Positions 1 to 9,541 of a DNA stretch of 64,000 nucleotides are shown here, piece by piece. The notes beneath the pieces were generated by a model. It was not told the origin of the DNA. It was given only the letters and a program-made list of their open reading frames with translations, and ran no database searches. The position numbers were made by a program, and so were the translations under genes. The stretch's first letter is position 1. Each line of letters starts with the position of its first letter. The stretch is from Desulfobacterales bacterium (GTDB lineage Bacteria > Desulfobacterota > Desulfobacteria > Desulfobacterales > UBA5852): contig CAXXVS010000001.1 of the NCBI GenBank assembly GCA_963674755.2, forward strand, positions 800,001 to 864,000. The letters are read 5' to 3'.

Positions 1-107
1 GCTGCCGACAGCAGGTCGGCATCGGGAAGCGTTGGGACGGTTCCGCGCAGTCCCACCATCAGGGGTAGAAGAAAACCGCTGAACACCACTAAACGGAGTG
101 TGGACAT
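1..107 (-). CDS. possible 5' end of a gene running off the window (MSTLRLVVFSGFLLPLMVGLRG...)
   Basis: ATG at 107, 25 nt after the phnL stop, same strand, open to the window edge, hydrophobic N-terminus; too short to identify. Confidence 0.3.
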   Translation of the reverse strand, partial: MSTLRLVVFSGFLLPLMVGLRGTVPTLPDADLLSA

Positions 108-132
108 GGAAACAACTTTCTATGGAGGGGCA

Positions 133-876
133 CTATTCAGCCTGTGATGCAGATCGCACTTCGCTCCGTGAGGATTGCTCGGCCGCTTCCGGGGTCATCG
201 CCAGGTCGATGGTGCGCCCGGTGGTCGCCCGGCGGTCACCGGCATCATGGAAAATGGACAGAATGGCCGCTCCCTGCTGCCGGGCGGCGGAAATCAGGTC
301 CAGCACGGTCCGCCGGTTGACCGGATCGAGGGAGGCGGTGGGCTCGTCCAGCAGCATGAGCGGATAAAAGGCGGCAAAGCCCCGGGCAATATTGATACGC
401 TGCTGCTCGCCGCCCGAAAAGGTCGTGGGGGACAACGACCACAGGCGCTCGGGAATCCGCAGCTGATCCAGAAGACTTTCCGCCCGCCGGCGCGCTTCGG
501 CCGGGCCGGTTCCGCGCCGGCACAACGGCTCCATGACGATATCCAGGGCCGGCACCCGGGGAATCACCCGCAGGAATTGACTCACATAGCCCACGGTCCA
601 GCGCCGCAGGTCGAGGATCACGTCGCTGGAGGCTTCGGCCAGGTTGACCACCCCATCGCGGTGGCGCACCCGGATCGCACCGGCACCGATGCGGTAGTTG
701 CCGTAGACCAGGCGCAGCAGGGAACTTTTGCCGGCTCCCGACGGCCCGCACACAGCCGCACTCTCGCCCGGACAGAGCTCCAGGTTCAGCGCGTCGAAAA
801 CCGGGATACGGATGCCGCCCTGGGTGTGCAGGCGAAAATGTTTGGCGAGCTCTTCGACTTTCAGGATCCAGTCCAT
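133..876 (-). CDS. phnL: C-P lyase system ABC-type ATPase PhnL
   Basis: Walker A GPSGAGKS, FSGGEQQRINIARG, LLDEPTASLD; F.LH.QGG N-terminus typical of PhnL; follows phnK. Confidence 0.95.
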   Translation of the reverse strand: MDWILKVEELAKHFRLHTQGGIRIPVFDALNLELCPGESAAVCGPSGAGKSSLLRLVYGNYRIGAGAIRVRHRDGVVNLAEASSDVILDLRRWTVGYVSQFLRVIPRVPALDIVMEPLCRRGTGPAEARRRAESLLDQLRIPERLWSLSPTTFSGGEQQRINIARGFAAFYPLMLLDEPTASLDPVNRRTVLDLISAARQQGAAILSIFHDAGDRRATTGRTIDLAMTPEAAEQSSRSEVRSASQAE

Positions 877-897
877 GTTTTTCTTTCTATTTGGACT

Positions 898-1677
898 TCA
901 GTTGCGCAGGATCGAAGACACCAGCAACTGGGTGTAGGGATGCTGGGGATCATCCAGGACCTGGTCGGTCAGGCCCGTCTCGATCACGCGCCCCCGCTGC
1001 ATCACCATCATGCGGTGGGCCAGAAGCCGCGCCACACCCAGGTCGTGGGTCACGAAAATGAGCGACAGGGACAGTTCGCCCACCAGGCGCCGCAGGACAT
1101 CCAACAGGCGGGCCTGCACCGATACGTCCAGGCCGCTGGTGGGCTCGTCCATAAAGACCAGCCGCGGGCGCGTGACCAGGCTGCGGGCCACCTGGAGGCG
1201 CTGCTGCATGCCGCCCGAGAAGGTTTGGGGCAGGTCGTCCATGCGGGCGGCATCGATTTCCACCCGTTCGATCCACCGCAGGGCGGCCTCCCGGATGCGC
1301 CCGTAGTGGCGCCAGCCGTTGGCCATCAGCCGCTCGCCGATATTGCCGCCGGCGCTGATGTTCAGCCGCAGGCCGTCCCGGGGGTTCTGATGCACGATAC
1401 CCATTTCGGAGCGCAGGATCAGCCGCCGGCGCACCTCACTGCAGCGGCATAGATCCACCGGCCCCTCGCTGCTGTCGAACACCACCCGGCCGCTGCTGGG
1501 CGATGTCAGACCGGCCACGCATCCCAGGAGGGTGCTCTTGCCCGAGCCGGACTCGCCCACCACGGCCAGGACTTCCCCGGGGTTCAGATCGAAGGCCACC
1601 TCCCGGCAGCCGACATAACGGCCGTAATATTTGGACAGATTGCGGACCGCCAGCAGCGGCGCAGCATCCCGGGTCAT
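898..1677 (-). CDS. phnK: C-P lyase system ATPase PhnK
   Basis: GESGSGKS, VHQNPRDGL, FSGGMQQRLQ, LDDPQHPYTQLLVSS; ATG at 1677 overlaps the phnJ stop (ATGA). Confidence 0.95.
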   Translation of the reverse strand: MTRDAAPLLAVRNLSKYYGRYVGCREVAFDLNPGEVLAVVGESGSGKSTLLGCVAGLTSPSSGRVVFDSSEGPVDLCRCSEVRRRLILRSEMGIVHQNPRDGLRLNISAGGNIGERLMANGWRHYGRIREAALRWIERVEIDAARMDDLPQTFSGGMQQRLQVARSLVTRPRLVFMDEPTSGLDVSVQARLLDVLRRLVGELSLSLIFVTHDLGVARLLAHRMMVMQRGRVIETGLTDQVLDDPQHPYTQLLVSSILRN

Positions 1678-2579
1678 CCGCAACACCTCCTGTGATCGGC
1701 CGCCGGCGCCGCATCCCGGGCTTGCCGACGGCGCGCGCAGTGATCCGTGTCCGAACAGATGAACATGCGGCCGCCCTTGTCGTCGACGATGACTTCATCC
1801 AGAAAACTGTCCCGGCTGCCGCACAGTTCGCAGGCGTGCTCCCAGGTCTCGACCTGGAAGGGATGATCCTCGAAATCCAGCGATCGTACCGGCGTATAAG
1901 GGGGCACGGCATAAATGCGCTTTTCACGTCCGGCACCGAAAAGCTGCAAGGCCGGCAGCCGATCCATTTTGGGGTTGTCGAATTTGGGGATCGGTGAAGG
2001 GCTCATGATATAGCGGCCGGCGACGTTGACCGGGTAGTCGAACCCGGTGGCAATGCGCCCGTGGCGGGCCAGGTCCTCGTAGAGTTTGACGTACATGGCC
2101 CCGTACTCCTCGAGGGCATGCATTTTGCGCGCTTCCCCGCGGTTGGGTTCGATGAACTGGAGCGGTTCGGGAATCGGCACCTGGAAGACGATGATCTGGT
2201 CTTTCCGCAGCGTCGTTTCCGGGATCCGGTGGCGGGTCTGGATCAGGGTGGCCTCCGCGGTGTGCGTGGTGGTGGCGACCCCGGCCGTGCGCTGGAAGAA
2301 GCGGCGGATGCTCACGGCATTGGTGGTGTCGTCGGCCCCCTGGTCGATCACCTTGAGGACGTCCCGGGGGCCGATGAGGGCGGCGGTTACCTGAATCCCC
2401 CCCGTGCCCCAGCCGTAGGGCAGGGGCATCTCGCGGCTGCCGAAGGGCACCTGATGCCCGGGAATGGCCACGGCCTTGAGGATGGCGCGGCGCACCATGC
2501 GTTTGGTCTGCTCGTCGAGATAGGCGAAGTTATAGGGGCTGTCCTGCCCGGCGGCCGTGGAAGAAGATGATGACGTCAC
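1674..2579 (-). CDS. phnJ: C-P lyase radical SAM subunit PhnJ
   Basis: YNFAYLDEQTKRM, PYGWGTGG, CELCGS...FICSDTDHC cysteine cluster. Confidence 0.97.
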   Translation of the reverse strand: MTSSSSSTAAGQDSPYNFAYLDEQTKRMVRRAILKAVAIPGHQVPFGSREMPLPYGWGTGGIQVTAALIGPRDVLKVIDQGADDTTNAVSIRRFFQRTAGVATTTHTAEATLIQTRHRIPETTLRKDQIIVFQVPIPEPLQFIEPNRGEARKMHALEEYGAMYVKLYEDLARHGRIATGFDYPVNVAGRYIMSPSPIPKFDNPKMDRLPALQLFGAGREKRIYAVPPYTPVRSLDFEDHPFQVETWEHACELCGSRDSFLDEVIVDDKGGRMFICSDTDHCARRRQARDAAPAADHRRCCG

Positions 2580-3706
2580 GTGGATTGCCCTTTTTTACCG
2601 GTGGTCAGGGCCTCTTTGGCCAGTTTGTCGGCGTAGTCGGCCTGCAGGCGCCGCAGCAGCACCAGCTCGGACTGGAAATCGACGTAGTGGGGCAGCTTGA
2701 GGTGCTGAACAAAGCCCGAAGCCTCCACATTGTCGCTGTGGAAGAGAACGAACTCTTCGTGCTGGGCCGGATGGGCCGGCGTTTCCCCCATCTCGCGCCA
2801 GCGCAGGGCGCGGTCCACCAGGGCCATGGCCATGGCCTTGCGTTCGCAATGGCCGAAGGTCAGCCCGTAGCCCTGGATGAAGCGGGGGGCGCGTTCCGGG
2901 GAGCCGTTGAAACGGTTGAGCATGACGCACTCGGTGACGCCGATCACGCCGATCTCGATCTCGAAATCGAGTTCCGGCGGTGCCATGACCACGGCCACCT
3001 CTCCCATACGGATTTCCCCTAGGAAGGGATGATGGGCGGCGCCAAACCCCCGTTGCAGGGAATAGGCCATGGCCAGCAGAAACCCTTCATCGCCCCGGGC
3101 CAGGTTTTGCAGGCGCATGTTCCGCGCGGCCGGCACCTGCAAGGGCTGGCGGGTCAGGTCACCGGTCGCGCTCGGACCGCCGGCCGGGGATTCGGTTTCC
3201 ACCAGGCCGTCGCGGGCCAGGAGATCGGCGATGCGCGGCATGGCCTGGGACCCGCTGTCCATGTGATCGTCTCCGGTGAAGGAGCCCTCGACGGTATCGT
3301 CTGCCATCAGCGCAAAATCCAGCAGGCGGTGGGTGTAATCGTAGGTCGGTCCCAGCACCTGCCCGCCGGGAAGGTCCTTGAAGGTTGCCGAAACACGGCG
3401 GCGGATCGTCATGGTATCGGTCTGAAGCGGTTGGCTGTAACCGAAGCGCGGCAGGGTCGTGCGAAAGGCCCGCAGAAGAAAAATGGCTTCCACCAGATCC
3501 CCCTGGGCCTGCTTGATGGCCAGGGCAGCCAGTTCGCGGTCGTATAGGGATCCCTCGGTCATCACCCGGTCGACGGCCAGCCCCAACTGCTGCTCGATCT
3601 GGCTGACGGAAAGGGCCGCCTGGCTCCGGTCGCCGCGCCTGTCCGCGGCGAGAAGCTGATGGGCGTTGTCGATGGCGCGCTCGCCGCCTTTGACAGCAAC
3701 ATACAT
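2576..3706 (-). CDS. phnI: C-P lyase core subunit PhnI
   Basis: MYVAVKGGERAI start and HLKLPHYVDFQSEL signature. Confidence 0.97.
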   Translation of the reverse strand: MYVAVKGGERAIDNAHQLLAADRRGDRSQAALSVSQIEQQLGLAVDRVMTEGSLYDRELAALAIKQAQGDLVEAIFLLRAFRTTLPRFGYSQPLQTDTMTIRRRVSATFKDLPGGQVLGPTYDYTHRLLDFALMADDTVEGSFTGDDHMDSGSQAMPRIADLLARDGLVETESPAGGPSATGDLTRQPLQVPAARNMRLQNLARGDEGFLLAMAYSLQRGFGAAHHPFLGEIRMGEVAVVMAPPELDFEIEIGVIGVTECVMLNRFNGSPERAPRFIQGYGLTFGHCERKAMAMALVDRALRWREMGETPAHPAQHEEFVLFHSDNVEASGFVQHLKLPHYVDFQSELVLLRRLQADYADKLAKEALTTGKKGQST

Positions 3707-3709
3707 GGC

Positions 3710-4312
3710 TCAGACGTCCACCCGGGTTGAGCGGGGCAGGGCTGCCAGCCGTGCTCCGCAGACAAAGATAAACTCCAGTCCCAAAGGAAAGGCCTTGCCA
3801 AGCAGGCGGCGCTGGTCCCAAAAGCCGGGGGGCAGCCCCACGGCCTCCAGGCGGCGGTCGTCCTGTAGACCGGGGCCACTTAGCCTGCATGGGCCGCCGG
3901 CGGATAGGGCTTCGACCTGGAGGATCAAGGTGGCGGCCGTCTCCGGGGCTTCGTCGGTGCCCGGGCGGAAGGCCTCCAGCGCCGGCAGCCGGACGGCCTC
4001 GGTCGCCAGAGCAAAGTGCGCCCGGCCGGCATCTTCGGCAAGAGGACAGCCGCAGTGAAACCGCAGCCAGGGCCGAACCGGCGAGGCATTGTCCAGGTCG
4101 GTCCAGAGGGGCGTGTCGCTGTCCAGCAAGGTCAGACAGACGGCGGCCGCGGCCGGACCCAGGCCCGGCGGCGGCGTATCGATTACGGGCGGCACACGGA
4201 ATATCCGCCCGGGATAGCTCATGCCGTTCAACAGCACGCGGAAAACCGCTTGGGCGTCTAAGGTCGGGTTCTGAAAACCCGGCAATAGGTGTTGGCTGGC
4301 AGCGGGTATCAT
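3710..4312 (-). CDS. phnH: C-P lyase subunit PhnH
   Basis: PGF...AQAVFR.LL..MSYPG, LTLLDSDTPLW, WLRFHCG, FPLG, LPRST. Confidence 0.93.
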   Translation of the reverse strand: MIPAASQHLLPGFQNPTLDAQAVFRVLLNGMSYPGRIFRVPPVIDTPPPGLGPAAAAVCLTLLDSDTPLWTDLDNASPVRPWLRFHCGCPLAEDAGRAHFALATEAVRLPALEAFRPGTDEAPETAATLILQVEALSAGGPCRLSGPGLQDDRRLEAVGLPPGFWDQRRLLGKAFPLGLEFIFVCGARLAALPRSTRVDV

Positions 4313-4318
4313 CTCGGC

Positions 4319-4768
4319 TCAGTCTCCCCGTGCCATGGTGAAAAATTCCACTTTGGTGGCCGCGGTTTTCCGGGCCTGTTCGGCGGCGCGGGTGCGCAGG
4401 ATGGCGGCCAGCGGCCGAACCACGGTGGACATGATCCGGGGCTGACGTTCGGGATCGAGCAGCAGGGCATCCAGCAGGGCCGCCAATTCCGCATGGTGCC
4501 GGTCGCGCCCCAGCACATAGGCCGTGCCGGCCGCGCCTTGCGCCACTTGCAAGGTGCAGCGCGTAACGGTGGCCTCCCCCAGGTTGAAAGGCGCCCCCAC
4601 GCCGCCGGTGCGGCCCTGCACCATCACCATGCCGATCTCCGGTCCGCGAACCAGACGATAGTCCGGAAAGGGCGTCAGGCGTCGGCAGGCCGCTTCAATG
4701 TCGCTTCGCTTGGAGAGCGCCAGAATCCGCATCCAATCGCGGCGGCTCATTTGTTCGGCAACGCTCAT
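4319..4768 (-). CDS. phnG: C-P lyase subunit PhnG
   Basis: R.PEIGMVMVQGRTGG.GAPFNLGEATVTRC and ATKVEFFTMARG. Confidence 0.95.
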   Translation of the reverse strand: MSVAEQMSRRDWMRILALSKRSDIEAACRRLTPFPDYRLVRGPEIGMVMVQGRTGGVGAPFNLGEATVTRCTLQVAQGAAGTAYVLGRDRHHAELAALLDALLLDPERQPRIMSTVVRPLAAILRTRAAEQARKTAATKVEFFTMARGD

Positions 4769-4869
4769 TGTCGTCTCAAGTCCTTTAGTTTTAATCTAAA
4801 CCCTCCACCTATAGTGGAGGGTCCGGAGAGGTTCGACCGATCCGGGGGCGTTTCTGTAAGCGGATTCTT

Positions 4870-5626
4870 CATTTTCTTGCACGTGCAAGAAAACGGAAGC
4901 AAAAGAAAACGCCCGTGTCCCGCTTGATCCTGCGCGTCGTCGCGTCGGCCGGAGCACGCGGAAACTCGCCCCGCCTACGCTAAAGCTACGGCGGGACTCA
5001 GACAGTCCGCGCGCTTTAATCCGTCCGCCCCGCCGATGCTCGGCGCGGAACAATGGGAAACCTGAAAACCAAAGACCAAAACTTCATTCTTGAAGCCTCC
5101 TTTTAGGAGACTACCTGATGCCTTCCGCTATGCGGGAGGAGACTCTCTCTTCGCGGACCGCATGGGGATTTCGATTTCTGCCCATCACGACCATGCGGTG
5201 CCGATTGCTGTGAAGGTCTTTGAATGCGGCCTTTGGCTTAGGCGCCGATGAGGATCAGGTTAGGATTTGATAAGCGGCCGGCCATTTTCTTTCACGAGAA
5301 AGAAAATGGAAGCAATCACGCCTCGGCGTGACAGGTTTCAAACGCCTGTGTGCGCGTATCCTGCGCGTCGTCCAACCGGCCGATGACGCGGCGCATCGTG
5401 CCGCCGTGCTGCGTTGTCAGGCTAACTCGGGCGCTCATCCCGCCATCGGCGGGACTGAGCGCCTCGCTTCACCTGACGCCTTGCCCGGCAGCACGATGCT
5501 TGCTTCATTGACCGGTTGAAGCGGCCGTAGCGCGCGGAAACTCGCTTCGCTCAGACAGTCCGCGCGCTTTAATCCGTCCGCCGCGCCGATGCTCGGCGCG
5601 GGACAAAGGGAAACATGAAAGCCAAA
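4870..5626. repeat. two tandem copies of a structured REP/MITE-like element (about 4870-5073 and 5283-5626), each with different nested hairpin insertions
   Basis: Shared blocks cattttctt...aagaaaa.ggaagcaa, atcctgcgcgtcgtc, cgcggaaactcgc and ctcagacagtccgcgcgctttaatccgtccgcc.cgccgatgctcggcgcgg.acaa.gggaaac.tgaaa.ccaaa. Confidence 0.8.
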
Positions 5627-5830
5627 AACCTTAGCCCCCTTTCAAACATTTCTGCAAAGCTTCCTGAGCATCCACTATTTTCATTAAGATGTTTTTCGTT
5701 ATTTTCCGTCCGCCAGGGCGGAAAATTCTCGCTGGGAAAAGTCTAACCGGATTCTCATCAAATCTTTGCAGCCGTCCGCTTTCTTGTGCGGCGCGGATCA
5801 TTTCACCAACGCCGAGCAAGGAGATACCCC

Positions 5831-7024
5831 ATGACCCAAGCCGCACCCGCCCTGATGTTTCGCGATCGCCGGGCCGCCTGTTTCCAGATCGTCAACAGCA
5901 CCCTGGTAACCCCTGAAAAGGTCATCCCCGAAGGATGTCTTCAGGTGGAGGAGGGGCGCATCGTGCGTTTGCAGGAAGGCCCTTTCAAAGGCGCAGGGCA
6001 GGTTATCGACGCCGCTGGGGCCCTGCTGCTGCCCGGATGGGTGGACATTCACAGCGACGCCAACGAAAAAGCGATTCAGCCGCGGCCGGGCGCCCGGTTT
6101 CCGGTCGCCCTGGCGCTGCAGGAGCTGGACAAGACTTTGGCCGCTTGCGGGGTGACCACCATCTTTCACTGCGTGGCCTTCTCCAACGGACAGAAGGGGC
6201 TGCGGGCCACGCGGGAAGCCCAGGCCTTGATGCAATCGATGGACAAATGCCGGGACCATCTGCTGTGTGCCACCCGCATTCACCTGCGCTACGATGTCAC
6301 CCTCACGGAAGCGCTGCCGATTATGGCGCGCCTGATCGATGACGGTGCTGCGGATCTTTTTTCTTTCATGGACCACACCCCCGGGCAGGGCCAGTTCGCG
6401 ACCTACCAGGCCTTCCAAAACTACCTGGGGCGTCATCACCATTACGCGGAAGACGAAATCCGGGCCGTGGTGGAAAAACGGATGGCCGACCGGCGGGACG
6501 TCAACGAGGACGCCCTGGGCGACCTGGCGCAACTCTGCCGGTCCCGCGGCATCCCCATGGCCTCCCATGACGACGACACGGCGCACAAAGTGGTCCGGAT
6601 GCACGACATGGGGGTGGCCATCTCCGAATTTCCGGTCACCCTGGAGGCGGCCCGGACGGCCAAAGCCTTGGGGATGCAGGTCGCCATGGGGGCGCCCAAC
6701 CTCCTGATGGGCAAGTCCACCAATAACAACCTGACCGCCATGGACGTGGCCGGAGCCGGGCTGCTGGACATCGTCTGCAGTGACTACGCCCCCATGACCC
6801 TGCTGCATGCGGCCCTGACCCTGTCCCGGGCCGGCTTCATGTCGCTGCCCCAGGCTGTGGCCTGCTTCACCTTGAATCCGGCCCGGGCCGCGGGCATCGA
6901 CCACGAGACCGGGTCGCTGACCGAAGGCAAGCGGGCCGACCTGGTCCTCGTCGATCGCGGCGGCCCGGTGCCGCGGGTGCGCCGGACTTTCGTAGGCGGC
7001 CGGCAGGTGTATGCCTGTGGCTGA
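5831..7024 (+). CDS. phnM: ribose 1-methylphosphonate 5-triphosphate diphosphatase PhnM (amidohydrolase)
   Basis: LLPGWVDIHSD, SFMDHTPGQGQF, ASHDD, SEFP, MGAPN, SDY.P, GKRADLVLV. Confidence 0.95.
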   Translation: MTQAAPALMFRDRRAACFQIVNSTLVTPEKVIPEGCLQVEEGRIVRLQEGPFKGAGQVIDAAGALLLPGWVDIHSDANEKAIQPRPGARFPVALALQELDKTLAACGVTTIFHCVAFSNGQKGLRATREAQALMQSMDKCRDHLLCATRIHLRYDVTLTEALPIMARLIDDGAADLFSFMDHTPGQGQFATYQAFQNYLGRHHHYAEDEIRAVVEKRMADRRDVNEDALGDLAQLCRSRGIPMASHDDDTAHKVVRMHDMGVAISEFPVTLEAARTAKALGMQVAMGAPNLLMGKSTNNNLTAMDVAGAGLLDIVCSDYAPMTLLHAALTLSRAGFMSLPQAVACFTLNPARAAGIDHETGSLTEGKRADLVLVDRGGPVPRVRRTFVGGRQVYACG

Positions 7025-7124
7025 CCCGAGCGTGGTTGAAAAAAGAGGGGGCGGGCGATGGTAGCGCCGGCGGCTGGAAGCTTTCACGGACAAGACGGTC
7101 ACGGAAGTTGACCGCTAATACAAT

Positions 7125-7153
7125 CCTGACAGCGCGGTAACATCACATGAATA
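7125..7153 (+). promoter_or_regulatory. possible Pho-box-like 11-bp-spaced repeats upstream of phnC
   Basis: ctgacagcgcg gtaacatcaca tgaata resembles tandem CTGTCAT half-sites; degenerate, context-driven. Confidence 0.3.
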
Positions 7154-7261
7154 TTGCCGCAGCATAGTCTGAGGCCACAGCGGGCGACGAGCCCGCGACA
7201 CCCCGCGCGGCGCCTTAGCGATCCGCGGACAGCACTTACCAGAAGATCCGGGAGGGAGAGC

Positions 7262-8077
7262 ATGCCAGCGGCAGCCGTTCAGATCCAGCATGTCTACAAG
7301 TCGTTTCAGGCCGGAAAACCGGTATTGAAGGATATCAACCTGTCGGTCGCGCCGGGGGAGATGGTGGGGTTGATCGGTGCCTCGGGCTCCGGCAAATCGA
7401 CCCTGATCCGTATGATCAGCGGCCTGGAGACCATGGACCGCCGCGGCGGGCAGATCGCCCTTTTCGGCAAGGCGACCCAGGCCGCCGGCCGGCGCACGGC
7501 CGAACTGCGGCGTCTGCGGAGCAATGTCGGCGTCATCTTCCAGCAATTCAACCTCGTGGGGCGCTTATCACTTCTGAAGAACGTCCTGATCGGCAGCCTG
7601 GCCCATATCCCGAGCTGGAAAGGTCTGTTGAGTCTTTTCCCCCACCGGCAGAAGATCAAGGCGTTGCAGGCCCTGGAGCGCGTCAACATGGTCGAATATG
7701 CCCACCAGCGGGCCTCGACCCTTTCGGGGGGGCAGCAGCAGCGGGGCGCCATTGCGCGCGCCCTGACCCAGGAGGCCAAACTGATTCTGGCCGATGAGCC
7801 GATCGCCTCCCTGGACCCCGCTTCCTCCGATCTGGTCATGGACCTTTTAAGCGACATCAACCGCCAGGACCAAACGACCGTCGTCGTCTCCCTGCATCAA
7901 TTCGAGGTGGCGCGTGAGCGCTGCCGGCGGATCGTGGCCCTGCAGGAGGGACGGATCATCTACGACGGCCCTTCGGAAGGCCTCTGCGAGGACGATATTG
8001 CCGAGCTGTACGGCGTCGAAGCCACCAAGGCGGTCCGGGTCCCGAAAGAGTCGATCTATTTCCGGAAAGCCATCTAA
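7262..8077 (+). CDS. phnC: phosphonate ABC transporter ATPase
   Basis: GASGSGKS, IFQQFNLVGRL, LSGGQQQR.AIAR, ILADEPIASLDP; gggag RBS before ATG 7262. Confidence 0.95.
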   Translation: MPAAAVQIQHVYKSFQAGKPVLKDINLSVAPGEMVGLIGASGSGKSTLIRMISGLETMDRRGGQIALFGKATQAAGRRTAELRRLRSNVGVIFQQFNLVGRLSLLKNVLIGSLAHIPSWKGLLSLFPHRQKIKALQALERVNMVEYAHQRASTLSGGQQQRGAIARALTQEAKLILADEPIASLDPASSDLVMDLLSDINRQDQTTVVVSLHQFEVARERCRRIVALQEGRIIYDGPSEGLCEDDIAELYGVEATKAVRVPKESIYFRKAI

Positions 8078-8122
8078 TACCGATAGCCTTCCCCTATACC
8101 CCCTAACTGATCCATAAGGAGA

Positions 8123-9121
8123 GTGAAGATGGTGAAAAAGGTTTTCTATTTGGCGTTCATCGTACTGCTGCTTTGCGGCACGGCCCAAGCGGAGATGCCT
8201 GCGCGGATCAACTTCGGCATCATTTCGACGGAATCCACGACCGCCCTGGAACAAAGCTTCGGCCCTTTTATGGAGGACATGGCTGCCTACCTGGGTGTCC
8301 CGGTCAAAGCGTTTTTTGCCTCCGACTATGCCGGTGTGATCGAAGGCATGCGCTTCAAGAAGGTGGATGTGGCCTGGTACGGCAACAAATCGGCCATCGA
8401 AGCGGTGGATCGCGCCGGCGGGGAAGTGTTTGCCCAGACCATCAAGGACGACGGCTCACGCGGCTATTATTCCCTGCTGATCACGCAAAAGGATTCCGAT
8501 CTCAATTCCCTGGAAGACGTCCTGAAATGCGACGGGACCAAAACTTTCGGCAACGGCGATCCCAACTCCACGTCAGGCTTCGCCATTCCCGGCTACTACG
8601 TATGGGCCCTGCACAACCAGACGCCGGAGAAATGCTTCAAACGGGTGGTCAGCTCAAACCACGAAGGCAACGCCATTGCCGTGGCCACCGGAAAGGTCGA
8701 TGTGGCCACGAACAACACCGAATCGCTCTATGACCGTCTGGCGAAGACCCAGCCCAAAATGGCCGCCAATATCAAGGAGATCTGGCGCTCGCCCATGATC
8801 CCCTCCGATCCGATGGTCTGGCGCAAAGACCTTCCGGAAGATGCGAAGCAGAAGATTCTGTATTTCTTCATTCAGTACGGCCGCTTCGGTGATATGGCCA
8901 AAGTCGCCCGTGAGCGCAAGATCCTGGCCAACATGTCCGACGGCTGGGGCCCCTTCCTGGCCTCCTCCAACGCGCAACTGCTCGAAGTACGCCAGATCGA
9001 AGCGTTCAAGAAAAAGCTCAAGGCCGAGGCCAAGGGTGATGCGGCCGGCGTGAAGGCGGCGGAGGCTGATTTGGCGAAGCTGCAGAAAATGAGCGCCATC
9101 GTGGGCCAGGGCGGGTACTAG
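8123..9121 (+). CDS. phnD: phosphonate ABC transporter substrate-binding protein
   Basis: Signal peptide, NFGIISTES, FFASDYAGVIEGMRF, GNGDPNSTSGF, NHE, DVATNN. Confidence 0.95.
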   Translation: MKMVKKVFYLAFIVLLLCGTAQAEMPARINFGIISTESTTALEQSFGPFMEDMAAYLGVPVKAFFASDYAGVIEGMRFKKVDVAWYGNKSAIEAVDRAGGEVFAQTIKDDGSRGYYSLLITQKDSDLNSLEDVLKCDGTKTFGNGDPNSTSGFAIPGYYVWALHNQTPEKCFKRVVSSNHEGNAIAVATGKVDVATNNTESLYDRLAKTQPKMAANIKEIWRSPMIPSDPMVWRKDLPEDAKQKILYFFIQYGRFGDMAKVARERKILANMSDGWGPFLASSNAQLLEVRQIEAFKKKLKAEAKGDAAGVKAAEADLAKLQKMSAIVGQGGY

Positions 9122-9311
9122 AAGCTATCTCAAAAAAGTCTTTTGGCCCCATATCGGCGTTGGACGCTCGTTTTATGTCCTCGAAATACCGATGTATTCC
9201 TGCGGACACCCACCGCTGTAGAATCAATCAGATGGGAAGTCCCGCTCTGAGTGATAAAACTCGCGTCCGCCTTGATATGAAACCAAAATCCTAATTTTGA
9301 GATGGCTTCTA
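9119..9311. mobile_element. MITE-like element with terminal inverted repeats (family E), full copy
   Basis: Ends tagaagctattcaaaa...ttttgagatggcttcta; left end includes the phnD TAG stop; second copy at 13967-14054. Confidence 0.7.
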
Positions 9312-9541
9312 ATAAAAGAGGATTTGTATAACCGTCCGCCGGATGGCCCGAATCACCCCGGCGGCTTCCGGTAAGCGTGCCCGGCAGGAGGGCGGGGCTC
9401 CGGCCTCCCGCTCCTGCCTCCACCTTATGTAAGGAAACGCGTTCTTATCCGATGGGCATACGCCGCCGTCATCGCCAAACGGAATGCCGAATTGTCATCC
9501 CCATGCGCCTTAACGTCTACCCCATGCGAAACAGTGGTCCC

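Noticed and set aside
4796..5916. Small ORFs in the phnG-phnM gap as a missing phnF or phnN
   Set aside because: No GntR HTH or kinase P-loop; the sequence is explained by the palindromic elements
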